A DNA stretch of 45,000 bases. Source: Takakia lepidozioides. Taxonomy: Eukaryota; Plantae; Bryophyta. The translations under genes and the position numbers were made by a program. Shown one piece after another: positions 10,627 through 22,174 of this stretch. The notes under the pieces were generated by a model that was not told the DNA's origin, searched no databases, and saw nothing but the letters and a program-made list of their open reading frames with translations. How positions within the stretch are numbered: position 1 is the first letter of the stretch; each line of letters begins with the position of its first letter. The stretch spans positions 1 to 45,000 of the forward strand of contig JAKLZA010000318.1 in assembly GCA_030704615.1 (NCBI GenBank). The letters are read 5' to 3'.

Positions 10627-12240
10627 CGAATGCGGCGCCGCATTTCCGTTAAGTACCATCACTGCTACACATCCGTACTTGTTGGAAGAAAATGCGGCAC
10701 CGCATTTCCGTTCCACCTTCACATACCTTAGTTGTTGAACGGAAATACGGTGCCGCATTTCCGTCCCACAGCTCCATGTATGAGATTCAGAAGGGAAATG
10801 CGGCGCCGCATTTCCGTTCCCACTTCACATACGTTAGTTGATGAATGGAAATGCCGTGCCACATTTCCGTTCGGGAAAGTATAGAGGTCTCACCTGGACA
10901 GAAATGCGGTGTCGCATTTCCGTCTGGAAAGGTTGAAGGTCTCACATGGATGGAAATGCGGCAACACATTTCCGTAGCACAGCTCCAGCCAGGCCGAATA
11001 TACAAAACGGAAATGCGGCGCCGCATTTCCGTTCGAGAATGTCGGAAGGTGCGACTCGAACGGAAATGCGGTGCCGCATTTCTGTACCCGTTGCGCACGA
11101 TTTTCAGTCAGAATGGAAATGCGGTACCGCATTTCCGTTCTGTAGAGTATTAACGTCTGACGCTGGCGGAAATGCCTTCCCGCATTTTCGTTCCACAGCT
11201 CCATGCCTCACATACAAAACGGAAATGCGGTGCCGCATTTCCGTTTTGGAATGTCGGATGGTGGGACTCCGGAAATGCGTACCGCATGCGGATACCCAAT
11301 TGCCGCATTTCAATTTCAATGTTTCAGGATATTTCACAGAACGGAAATGCGGTTCCGCATTTCCCTTTTAAATCTAATACATTCCGTTCTGGAATGTTGG
11401 GAGGTGCGACTCGGATGGAAATGCGTTGCCGCATTTCAGTTCCGATGGTTCACGATTTTCAGTCAGAACGGAAATGCGGTGCCGCATTTCCGTTCTGGAA
11501 TGATGGTAGGTGCGACTCGGATGGAAATACGGTGCCGCATTTCAGTTCAGATAGTTCACGATTTTCAGTCAGAACGGAAATGCGGTGCCGCATTTCCGTT
11601 CTGGATAGTGTGAATGTCTCAACCGGTCGGAATTGCGCTGTATGAAGCTGTCGGAATCTTACTCGGCTCCAGGCATCAGATACAAAATGGAAATGCGGCG
11701 CCGCATTTCCTTTATGGAATGTCGAAAAGTGCGACTCGGACGGAAATGCGGTGCCGCATTTCTGTTCCCGTTGTTCATAATTCTCAATCAGAACGGAAAT
11801 GCGGTACCGCATTTCCGTTCCACCTTCACATACCGTGCTTGTTGAATGAAAATGCGGTACCGCATTTCCGTTCTCGAGAGTATGAATGTCTTTTAAGGAC
11901 GGAAATGTGCTGCAGCATTTCTATCCCTCAGCTCCATGCATCAGATACAAAATGGAAATGCGGCGCCGCATTCCCGTTCTGGAATGTCGAAAAGTGCGAC
12001 TCGGACGGAAATGCGGTGCCGCATTTCTGTTCCCGTTGTTCATAAATCTCAATCAGAACGGAAATGCGGTACCGCATTTCCGTTCCACCTTCACATACCG
12101 TGCTTGCTGGATGGAAATGCGTTACCGCATTTCCGTTCTGGAGAGTATAAAGGTTTCCCCCGGACGGAAACTCGGTGCCGCATTTCCGTCGCTCTGTTGC
12201 ATGACCAAGATGCAATACGGAAATGCGGCGCCGTATTTCC
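10627..12240. repeat. Central array of ~29 22-bp palindromes (GGAAATGCGGYRCCGCATTTCC) with 53-bp periodicity
   Basis: Palindrome starts at 11689, 11742, 11795, 11848, 11901, 11954, 12007, 12060, 12113, 12166 and 12219, exactly 53 apart. About five recurring 31-bp spacer types form a 265-bp higher-order unit. Lies between the two divergent genes. Confidence 0.95.
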
Positions 12241-12669
12241 GTCCACCAGCAATCGACAGAATCACTCGGGACGGGAAATCTGGAACCTCAATGGGTTGCA
12301 TTGTTCCGAAACAACACAATTGCGGCCAGTCTTGATGAGCACAACTTGGTTGTCTGACCGTTTTAACCAGCAGTCCTGGCACTTGTCAGTGCGAACGTTC
12401 CTGTCTGCACCGAGAATACTGCTGGATCCACCCTCAGGAGAAACTGTCAGGAGATGTTATTTCGTCGCCGAATCGGCCATCATTGTCCTACTCACTGGCT
12501 ATGGAATCAAACCTCCCACCTTCATGCATGTAGCTTGAAACAATACTTTCCACTTCAATGTGCGACTTCCAATCGTCGATGGACTCCGCAGATCCACTTA
12601 GATGGTGCCTGTGAGCCTTGGTCTGTCGCTATACTGAACCTCGCACTTGCCAACTCCGTGCGGTGTTCG

Positions 12670-15600
12670 ATGGCTCCGAATTCCTACGCTATAGTTTGCT
12701 GTCCTCCGCAACTTGGGAGAGCCTGGATCCCAAACGAGGGAGGACTTTGCAGAGTGACTGAAACTTACCTTTGTTCCAAATTCAAGCTCAAACCGGCACA
12801 GTTTATTTGGAAGAAGAAAGGAAGGATGTTCCTGGACAGGTTGACGAGACCATTGTCGTGCTAGGTAACGACGGAGGTTGCGGAATCGAATGGCACGTTC
12901 CCCCGTCAGACACCATCCTGTACCGAGCTGTGGGAATGCCCATTCCCTTTCCGAATCAGTCGCTGCCCACACCATCCACAAAGGAGTCCGGAAACCGAGA
13001 GGCGGCCACTGCCACAGAGAGGTATGCAACGATAATCATTCCCGACCTGGACCGTCAAGACCCTCCATAGCTTCTCGTGTGGACGTATTCGACATTTCCG
13101 ACGAGGAAGATGATTGCATTGAGGTACCCATGTCCTCCACACGGTCGTTCAAATCCGGCATGGACGTCTCTGTAGGTGCTACGCATGTGCCCTCGAGCAT
13201 AACTCCAACCCGGTCCATTGTGCAGCTCCTACGACAACATCACCTCGATGGTTCTCGCTCCGAGCTGGCTGCTCTCGACTATGCCAAATTCCCAGTCAGA
13301 AAGGTAACTTTTCTGCCTCCCGAAGTCGATGGCAATGTCATCTTCGAGTTTCCACCTGTTTCTTCGTCAAAGAAAGCCTCCGGGATGTTAACAGACATGG
13401 ATCGAAAGCATGACGGACACCCCTGGTGTGTGACGAAGACCAGTAGCACGAAAATTGCTGATGGTGTTCGTGTACGATATGTCCTCTGTGCGGGGAAGCT
13501 GAGGTGCCTCAATCCCACCTGCTTCCACTTTCTCTCCAAAGGAGGGCGGAGAAACGAGACGGATTGGACTGGCACAACGCATCATCCATTCATTGTCTCC
13601 AGCCAAGCTCCTGCGGGTTCTTTCAAGTGTGCACATTGCAAAGAACCACCGACGTGCATGTCCATGTGCAGAGCCAAGCAATATTACGTAATCCATTTGC
13701 TCCCGGACTTGACTAGAGCTTGCATACACGTTGGGGTCCACTGCCACCCCTTGGCGAGAGGCAACATGCGTGAGGCTGTGCAGGAAGCACACGACATCAT
13801 AAAAGAGGAGGTGAAATTGAGCCCCGGAGCCAGACCAAAGCAGATTCAGCTGAAGGCAGCCCACAAGATTGCTCTTGGCAAAATCATGTCTGAAGATGGT
13901 TCCGACCGAGAGCCCTTGACCGAAGACGAGATGCGTGACCTCTTGGAGTCCGTCTCGCACGTTTGTAGTCCGAATGTGCGGAATCACATCGTATCTTGCA
14001 AGGAGTTCGGCAGGGGGTCGGACATGTACTCAATCCTGGAGGTGAAACGAATGACTGGATATGACTACATCCAAGGTAGCAGGTTTCCAGGGCAAGGCAG
14101 CGAATCCGATCGTTGTTACATTTTCAAAATGTCGACGTGTGGGCCTGGGAGTGGAGTCGACTTGGTCACTCGCATGACAACTGGAAACTTGTCGAATGCT
14201 TGGGTGATGTTTGATCACATCAAGCGAATTACAAACCATCAGTGGGGTGACTATGGGTGCGCATGTTTATGACTATCACTCCAAGAGGCTCATGACGATT
14301 GCAATCTGCGAGATGAAAGGGGAGGACACACAGTCCGAGATGCATCTGTGGGAGGGCATAAACCAGCAGATGGCAAGGGCGGGATTGCCAGAGCCCAATT
14401 TCAGGGGATTCATGGCAGACAACGCTCAGGCCAACTGGGCAGCGGTGCGGCGTGTGTACGGTGAGGACCCCAATGTTCCAATGGAGGGGAAAGAGAGATC
14501 CTGTGGATTCCATTGGATGCAGAGTCTATCCCACTACACTACCAAATTTGTTGCTAGCTCATTCCCTGAACACCGTGTCCTTTGTACGGCGTGGAAGGAT
14601 GCACCCACATTTGATGACGCGGAGGTTAAGTTTGCTATCATCGAGGCTGGTGGAACACGTCAGGTGCAGGGAGACAACCAATCTGGGAGCATTGCACAGC
14701 TGGTTGGGGTGGTGGCATTTTCGGTATCGACAGTTCGGACAGTACATGCGGGAGGTAGGCTGCTGTCATTTTCGTTCATTTGTCTTTCTGTTACGGACAT
14801 TTCGATTGGTCCCTCACCGTTGTTTGTGTCCTTCTAGGAGCGGTGCTTGGATTCCGACACGGACATGCCGAACACGAATATGGCAGAATCGGTCCACTCC
14901 TCCTGGCGAGCGTCTTCTGCCGCACATCTGGTGGACGTAGTGACGGCCACAACGGAGGACATCGACAGAGCAATCATGCAGCAAGCCACGTACTACAAGT
15001 TCCTGAGCGGCAAACAATGGGGCTTTGGGCCGGACAGGGAGGAATTGTTGGTACGAACAGCTTCGAGGTCCAAGAATCCAGTGAAATGGGCGACAGCATT
15101 GCGAGAGAAGATCAAAGGGACGCCTCTGCACCGCAGAGGTGAACACCTAGAGGGGGACGTCCGGACTCGCCCTGTCAGGCGGAGGATTGAAGAGGAACCC
15201 GGTGCGAAGAGGATTCCTGGAGATCCGACAGGAACATTCGGACAGCACCTCGAGGTCCCGTCATGTTGCCGCACAATGTGTCTTCCAGCAGTGGAAGCCC
15301 AAGAAATTCCAGATCGCCGTCGCCTTCAACCGGGGATTTCGTGCAACAAATTCCCACCGCTCCCTTGCCCCACATTCCGCCCGCTGTTATGCAGTATGGC
15401 CAAGCCATTGTGGAGACGACTGTGTCTGCCTCACAGTGGAGAATTGCTCGCACAAAGCCGTCGTTTCGAGGAAGGTGTTCCGCAATTCGTGTGGATACAC
15501 GGCAACGTTGTTTAGAGATGATAAGGAGGAATCCAGATGGGGCTGTCCCTGCTCCTACTTTTACAGGAAGATTTGTCCATGCAAAGTTTGCGGAGGCGAC

Positions 15601-16266
15601 AACCACCCAGTTCTGGTTCTGCAGGCACGACATTATGACTTGCGTGTATGGAAAGCCCAAGTACGGCATACAGACAATGCCAGAGGCTCCCCCGGTGTGG
15701 CCGGTGGAACCAGGCTGCGATCTGAGTCAGGTTGAGGCCGACGCCCTTACCGCCGCAGGATTTCGGATGGTGCAGCGCACTGACGTGCCCAGACAACCAT
15801 TTCCGCTTCCACAGCCTCCACCACCGACCCCTGTGAGAGCAAGAACAATGGGACACGACAGCTCTAAGCATCCTACACACCGTTGGGGGAAACCGAAGAG
15901 GCGGCGACCTCCCTCAAAAGTGAACGAGACAAGGATGGGGAATGCACTTCGGATGAACTGTACAATCCAGAGCTCGACAGAAGTGCCCCCACCAGGATTC
16001 GGGCGTGTGTATCAGATGGCCACGGCGGGCTCAGCTGTTCGCAATGAGGTGTACACCATCACCATTTCAGAATTACCCACCTGCAATTGCACCGACTTCC
16101 AGATCATGGCGAACAAGGGGCATCATACTGCCCTTGCAAGCATTTGTACTACGTGTACCTAAAGAGACTCCGTTGTAATTCCACAACTCATCACTTCATA
16201 CATGCACCAGGGTTGAGCCCCCAGGAGGTTCACACTCTTCTGAATATGGATCCAGGGGACCAGTGA
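12670..16266 (+). pseudogene. MULE transposase, family A copy 1 (several 1-3-nt indels relative to copy 2)
   Basis: Near-identical to 39638-43245; intron 14755-14837. Motifs VMFDH, FMADNA, CGFHW, NMAES and SWIM CNCTDF are present but split over frames. Confidence 0.85.
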
Positions 16267-17010
16267 GCTTGGCTTGCGGTCCACATACAATGGTACGCCC
16301 ATCGGATAGTAGAACTGTACTGCTGCCAGTACCTCAGACTCTGGCCACACAAAGGTCCGACATATGTCTTGCCTACCAGTAACCTGTTTTGATCGAACTA
16401 AGATATTACTATATCGTTCACTTGTTTCCACGTGCATGTATTTTTGTATGTTGGAGGGTTCATGTTTTTCTGCTTTCCGAAAACTTGCTCTCCTCATTCG
16501 ACCTCCGACAAGGAAATGCGGCGCCGAATTTCCAAGTATCGTCGTAGGTACCCCAGAGGCGGCCTTCGCCAACAACCAAACCGCTCCGAAATTTCGCACG
16601 TGCGAACCCTAATGCGGCACACCCTATTTCCCAGTTCAGTTGCAAACCTTTCCCGCCGAATACCCGAAGAAGACAGAATTGTGAAGTACTGCATACTGTA
16701 TTGGTGCAGACTCCATTGGTTCAATCGCGGCAAAAGGGTCAGCTTCATTCCAATGTTAAGGCATGTAAAACCGCGGAATACTCTATACAGGCCAGTATGC
16801 GACGTCCTTTTGCAGTGGTATACTGGATTTCCCGTTGCACGGTCACTTATTTCCATGAGCGGATCTATAAAACCATGAGCGGACTTGTTACTGACGACAT
16901 ATCTTCGCCGCATTACATGATCTGGAACGTCCAAAAACGGCAAGGTCAAATAAAAAACTATTATTTTAATACTTGTTTAATCTGCCGCATTTCCAAATTT
17001 GGAGGAGTCC

Positions 17011-17114
17011 GCTCATGAAATCCGCGTATCTTAGACTTTCGGCTCACCGCTCATGCGGCTCATGCGGCTCATGGCTCATGGCTCATGGTTTCTGCTCATG
17101 AAATAGTAAACCTC
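17011..17114 (-). repeat. Right terminal inverted repeat with GCTCATG subterminal heptamers
   Basis: GCTCATGCGGCTCATGCGGCTCATGGCTCATGGCTCATGGTTTCTGCTCATGAAATAGTAAACCTC; the same end occurs at 44097. Confidence 0.9.
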
Positions 17115-20100
17115 CTATTCCAAGAGCATTGGCAATCCGAGTCTCATTCAACTTGTTGGGAGGGTGTTGTCTCTTCTCTTCACTCTTCCGAATCGCATTG
17201 TGGGATGTGCACAATTGTCCAATCCGTCTCTACTAGACCGAGCAGTCTGCATTGGCTGGGTCTGAGGAACTGGAAAGGAGTGGGCCGGGACGTCTGTGCG
17301 TTGCACCATTCAAAATCCTACTGCAGAAAGAGCATTCCGCCTCATTCTGAGAGAGGTTTCAACCCGGTGCAACAGGCCAGACGCGGAGGCTCCGGCATTC
17401 CCTTAATCCCGTACTTGGGCTTGCCAAATACAACAGGTCATTATGTCGTGCCTACAGACCAAACGTCTGCGTTGTGGCGTGAGAGAATGTGGGCAGTAAA
17501 AATCTGCCGCTGAAAAAAGGTGCAGGTACATCACCGTGTGGGTTTCTTCTCGAATCATCTCACCACAGCGTGCTCTCGTATCCACCCATATGGCGGCCAC
17601 ACTTCCCTCGCAATGCCGGCAATGTCCTTGCAATTCTCCACTGTGACTTCCGACACTCTTGTCTCCACAATGGGTATGTTGCACTCGTTACCACAATGGC
17701 TCGTTATGTTCCTCGGGCACTTGCCCTGTGCTCAAAGGAGATGTCGATCTTGAACGTGCAGGATTGTGGTGCTCGACGAGACCTTCCTCGGCAACATCAC
17801 GGACCAACGAGGGAGCGTGCAAATATTCTTGTCAGCTCGCCATGAATCCTCTTCTCTATCTCCGCCAGGGTGCCTCATCAAGTCTTCGTCTCACTGGACA
17901 TGTGTGAAACATCTCCCTTCCAAGTGCTGGCCTCTTCCGAGCAATGGTGTGTCCCCAAAGGCCCTTGCAAGGCCTGCCGCCCACTTTTGCGAGGATTCTT
18001 CGATCTGGAGGCAGTCCGCATCAGCATTTCCTTCTTGTCCGGCCCCAAGCCCCACTGTTTCCCTTCATCAAGAACTCATTGTACCTGCATTGCTGCATAA
18101 TTGACCTCACAATGTCCGCCGTTGTGGCAGTGAGGATGTCCACCAGATGCGCCGCAGAGGCTGGCATGCCAGGAAGAATGTCTGATTCGGCCACGTTTTG
18201 TTGTCGGCATGTCGGTGTCGGAGTCCAGACACCTTTCCTGTAATAGCCCATGTTTAGGTTACAAGCAAGTTACAAATAATGACTAGGCATATATTGAACA
18301 GGACGGGAATTCGTCCACTCCCTCCCGCATATAGTCGCCGAACTGGAGGAAACGATAATGCCACCATGCTATCCAGCCAACTGACCATTGCTCCCTGTCC
18401 TGATTTCTTTACAGCCCTGCCGTTGTCCACCAAGCCCTGTATACCATGCAAACCTGGTCTCTGCATCATCCAAGGTGGGAACACGCTTCCCCCCAAGACA
18501 CATGGCACGTGCTCCTCTCTCCTCTCTGAAATTTCGCCACGAGCCGGGTTGTGTACTAAACCGCGACACAAGCTCTGCAGAAAATGGAACCCACAAGATC
18601 TCTCCTTGCCTTCCATCGGAACATTGGGGTCTTCCCCGTACACCCTTCGGATGGCAGCCCAATTTGCTTGTGCGTTGTCCGCCATGAAACCACGGAAATT
18701 GGGAGGGGGCAATCCCGCCCTGGCCATCTGTTCGTTTATTCCCTACCAAAGAAGCATCTCCGATTGTGTGTCCTCTCCTTTCATCTCACAAATAGCAATT
18801 GTCATTAGCATCCTGCAGTTGGTGTCGTAGACATGTGCAGCCATTGTCACCCACTGGTGATTTGTAATTCGCTTGATATGGTCGAACATGACCCAACTGT
18901 TTGACAAGTCCCCACTCGTCATCCGGTCAACCAGTTCGACGCCGCTGCCAGGCCCACACGTGGACATTTTGAATACGAAACAACGATCTGCCTCAATCCC
19001 TTGTCCAGGAAACCTAGTTCCACGAAAGTAGTCATATCCACATCATCGCTTCACCTCCAGAATGGAGAGCATATCCGAGCCACGCCCAATTTTCTGTTTG
19101 CAGGAGACAATGTGGTTTCGGACATTCGGTGAACAGACGTGGGACACTGACTCCAGCAATGCCTCCATTTCCTTCTCATCGAGAGGAACTCTGTCGGAGC
19201 CGTCTTCCGACATAATTATGGCCAATGTCATCTTATGGGCGGCCTGCAGCTGAATCTGTTTGGGTTTGGCACCAGGTCTCAACTTAACCTCCTCTTGAAC
19301 GAGCTGCTCTGCCTCGTGGTGGAAGCAAGTTGGGGAGAAACACTGCAACGCGCCCGCACAAACAACGTAGCGCACCCGCACACCATCGAGCATCTTCATG
19401 CTGGTGGTTTTGGTGACGCACCAAGGATGACCGTCATATTTCCTATCCATATCTGTCAACATTCCGGACGCCCTCGAATAGTCCGTTCGAGGAGGGAACT
19501 CAAAGAACATATTACCGTCGACGTCTGCGGGAAGGCATGTAATGGATTTAATGGCAAACTTGTTGTAGTCCAGCCCAGCCAGCTCCGAGCGGTGTCCCTC
19601 CTTGTGAAGCCCTCGCAGAATTTCAAGAATGGATCGAACTGTTGTGTTCGTGCTGGGAATATGACTCCCTCGTCTGCTGATGTCCATTGAGGACTTGCCT
19701 GATCTCCAGGATGATCTCGGAACTTCCATGACCTTGTCGGAGTCGGACAGGTTGTGAACAACCCGGTTCTCGCTCGTCTTCATTGATGGGTTCGGCTCTG
19801 GATTTACTTCGTTGCGGACTTCTCTCTTTGAGGTACCCACTCTCTGATTCGCGGATTGTTTCGTGGAAGGCGGCAGGATAGAAGGCGCATTTGGCGGGCA
19901 AATGAAGTCCCCAACAGCCCTGTATATGACGCTGTCCGATGGTGGAACACGCCATTCCCTGCCGTCGCCGAAATCATCGTGGAGCACAACAATACTTTCG
20001 ACTACAACTCCGTTTGAATCCTTCTTTTCCTCCTCCAAAAATACCGACCCCGGTTTCAGGTGGTATCGAACGCAAAGATATTTCTCCATCACCCAGCAGA

Positions 20101-20176
20101 TCTCCCCTCTGCATGGAAATGTAGCTCTATGCTCGTGAGGAGGGCAGTACACTATAGCGCTCGGGTTTTCTGCCAT
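17115..20176 (-). pseudogene. MULE transposase, family B (frameshifts, internal deletion near 19315, 3' end lost)
   Basis: MAENPSAIVYCPP start, GMLTDMDRKYDGHPWCVTKT, WVMFDHIKRITNHQWVTM, NFRGFMADNAQANW and ERSCGFHF are all colinear with the A transposase. Confidence 0.85.
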
Positions 20177-20758
20177 GGGAGATGTGCACACAAGACTGCC
20201 AGGACGGCGTTCGGACAAGCGCCCTGGGAGAAGGGGGGATGCAGCAAGGGGAAGGAATGCAGGGCCGATTTTTGCAAGCGATGAAGCCTATTCACGAATC
20301 CGGGGAGCCCACTCTCCCGAAAATCCACTGTCAGAAAGTTAATGAACCTTGTCTGCGGAATGCGGCCCCTGGCCTTTGCGCAATAACTGCCAACGGTATG
20401 CAGTCAGAAGGTATATGACCTGTGCAGATGCGCTGCGCAAACCAATCATTACGGCGTCTGACAAGAAGCGTGGGGGGGCGAGCGTGCAAGCACCTTCCCC
20501 ATGGACAGAGGGAACTGACAGAGGTGGCATTCCAGTGGGTCTGATTACAAGATTGAGTGCCAGACCCTTGCTGCTAAAAGTCAACATACAACAAAATGCA
20601 ACATTGCGCAAAAAGTGGAACTTTGGTTCAAAGGAGACATTTTTATTAATAATGAATTGTGACAAGTATGCATGCCCTCACAAGCCGAGGGAAGCCAAAA
20701 TTATGCATGCCATCCATGCTCAGGTAAGTTGGGAATTTTTTCCCGTGTTGCACTATCC

Positions 20759-21325
20759 TCACCAAGAAGCTGGAACCTCCATTGGCCTCTCAACAAGCTC
20801 ATGACTGACAGGGTGTCGGTAGGTGAAGACAATGGATGCAGCCCGTTCTACTTTGGTGTAGTGGACAACGGTGTCATGTCCTCCGATATATGCACCATCG
20901 TAAATCAAGATCTTTGCTGTGGAGAGACCGTGTCCATAGGACTCATCCTCGTAGCTTATGAAAATGTCCCCATACATTGTTTGCGATGGAATCCTCTCTA
21001 GCATGTACGTACACCCGATGCAATCCTCATAGGCCCACTGGCAGCACCTCCAATGATGTAGGAAGGCCGTGCGTCTTTTGGGGATGTTCCATGTAGGTGG
21101 ATACTGCAAATCAACGATTCGCAGGCACCAAAGCCGCGCAAGCCCGTCCCCGCGAGGCTGGTCGTGGAAGCCAGGAAGGTACTCAAGAGCGGACAGGTGC
21201 ACCCTCCTCTGCTGAGAGTGGTCTATCCAATCCTGCAGGTATATGAAAATATCCACTGACTTGGGCGAGAAGTCCCACGAGGTGCGATGCTTGTTTGGGC
21301 AGTTAATGGGATCCCGGCACGCCAT
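20759..21325 (-). CDS. Conserved orphan cargo protein (188 aa), family B version
   Basis: Uninterrupted ORF; full-length homolog of 2944-3507. Confidence 0.8.
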   Translation of the reverse strand: MACRDPINCPNKHRTSWDFSPKSVDIFIYLQDWIDHSQQRRVHLSALEYLPGFHDQPRGDGLARLWCLRIVDLQYPPTWNIPKRRTAFLHHWRCCQWAYEDCIGCTYMLERIPSQTMYGDIFISYEDESYGHGLSTAKILIYDGAYIGGHDTVVHYTKVERAASIVFTYRHPVSHELVERPMEVPASW

Positions 21326-21589
21326 CGAGGACTACTGAAAGGGCTGCCAGGAAGCAGAGAGGGTGCGCAGGGAAGGGGGAGTGTGGGGAAGATGAGGAGC
21401 TCAGAGCGAGGAAGTGTTGTTGTTGTCTCGGTTTGAAACGCGTGGGTCACGAGCGAAGGTCGGGCAAGTGGCAAAGGAAAAGAGCACCATTTAATATAAC
21501 CGTACCCAGGAATGAGGCGTAGAATTTACTTCGACAGGACGTCCAATCGGAGGGTGACGGCCCCACGTGCCTGCCAGAGAAGATCCCCC

Positions 21590-22125
21590 GGATGGAAAAA
21601 CGGCGCCGAATTTCCATCCGAGGCCCGTTGGATGAAGTCGTCTCGGGGGGAGAGGCCGACACCTGGCCGACAGAGAGCATCCCCCGGATGGAAAAACGGC
21701 GCCGAATTTCCATCCGAGGCCGTTCGGATGAAGTCGTCTCGGGGGGAGAGCCCGACAAATGGCCGACAGAGAACATCCCCCGGATGGAAAAACGGCGCCG
21801 AATTTCCATCCACAGACGCCCGTATCGGCCCTTCTTCAACAATTTTTAGCCGTTACATCAAGTCTTTCGCGTTTTTTTGACTGGTTACACACAAAACTTG
21901 AAATTTTTTGCCTGCACGATGGAAATTCGCTCCGAATTACCTGCAGGATGGATAGTCGGCACCGGATTTCCATCCGGCGACGTTCCGAATTACCTGCAGG
22001 TTGGAAATTCGGCGCCGGATTTCCATCCGGCCACGCTCCAAATTACCTGTAGGTTGGAAATTCGGCGCCGGATTTCCACCCTGCCCCGCTCCGAATTACC
22101 TGCAGGATGGACTTTTCCATCCGGC
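21590..22125. repeat. Family B palindrome array: 3 x 96-bp units (GGATGGAAAAACGGCGCCGAATTTCCATCC), then 53-bp units (GGAAATTCGGCGCCGGATTTCC)
   Basis: Units at ~21590, 21686 and 21782; then 21950, 22003, 22056 and 22109, each preceded by AATTACCTGYAGG. Confidence 0.9.
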
Positions 22126-22174
22126 GTCTCGTGGATGAGAACGGCTCGGGCGGAGGGAGGTGGGTTGCCTCCAA

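Larger units (their letters stand above)
2481..17114 (+). mobile_element. Family A Mutator-like DNA transposon, copy 1 (~14.6 kb, both ends present)
   Basis: Imperfect short TIR: left GGGGGCTGCTATTTCATGAGC, right (reverse complement) GAGGTTTACTATTTCATGAGC, each followed by CATGAGC repeats. The right end is confirmed because identity with copy 2 stops exactly after TAGTAAACCTC. Contains a MULE transposase and accessory genes. No TSD found. Confidence 0.85.

Noticed and set aside
10627-12240. CRISPR array (palindromic repeat plus ~31-bp spacers)
   Set aside because: Spacers recur as a few types in a higher-order repeat, repeats also occur singly in introns, no cas genes are present and the context is intron-containing eukaryotic DNA.
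10787-12538. Many ORFs with MRCRISV / KCGAAFP / GNAAPHF repeats (also 4093-4843 and 37400-39350)
   Set aside because: They are translations of the stop-poor palindrome in all six frames, with no frame preference.
2466-17125. Target-site duplication around A copy 1
   Set aside because: The left flank (CCCTTTGCCTTGAGG) and right flank (CTATTCCAAG) do not match for either candidate left end (2477 or 2481). The flanks derive from different elements, implying later rearrangement.
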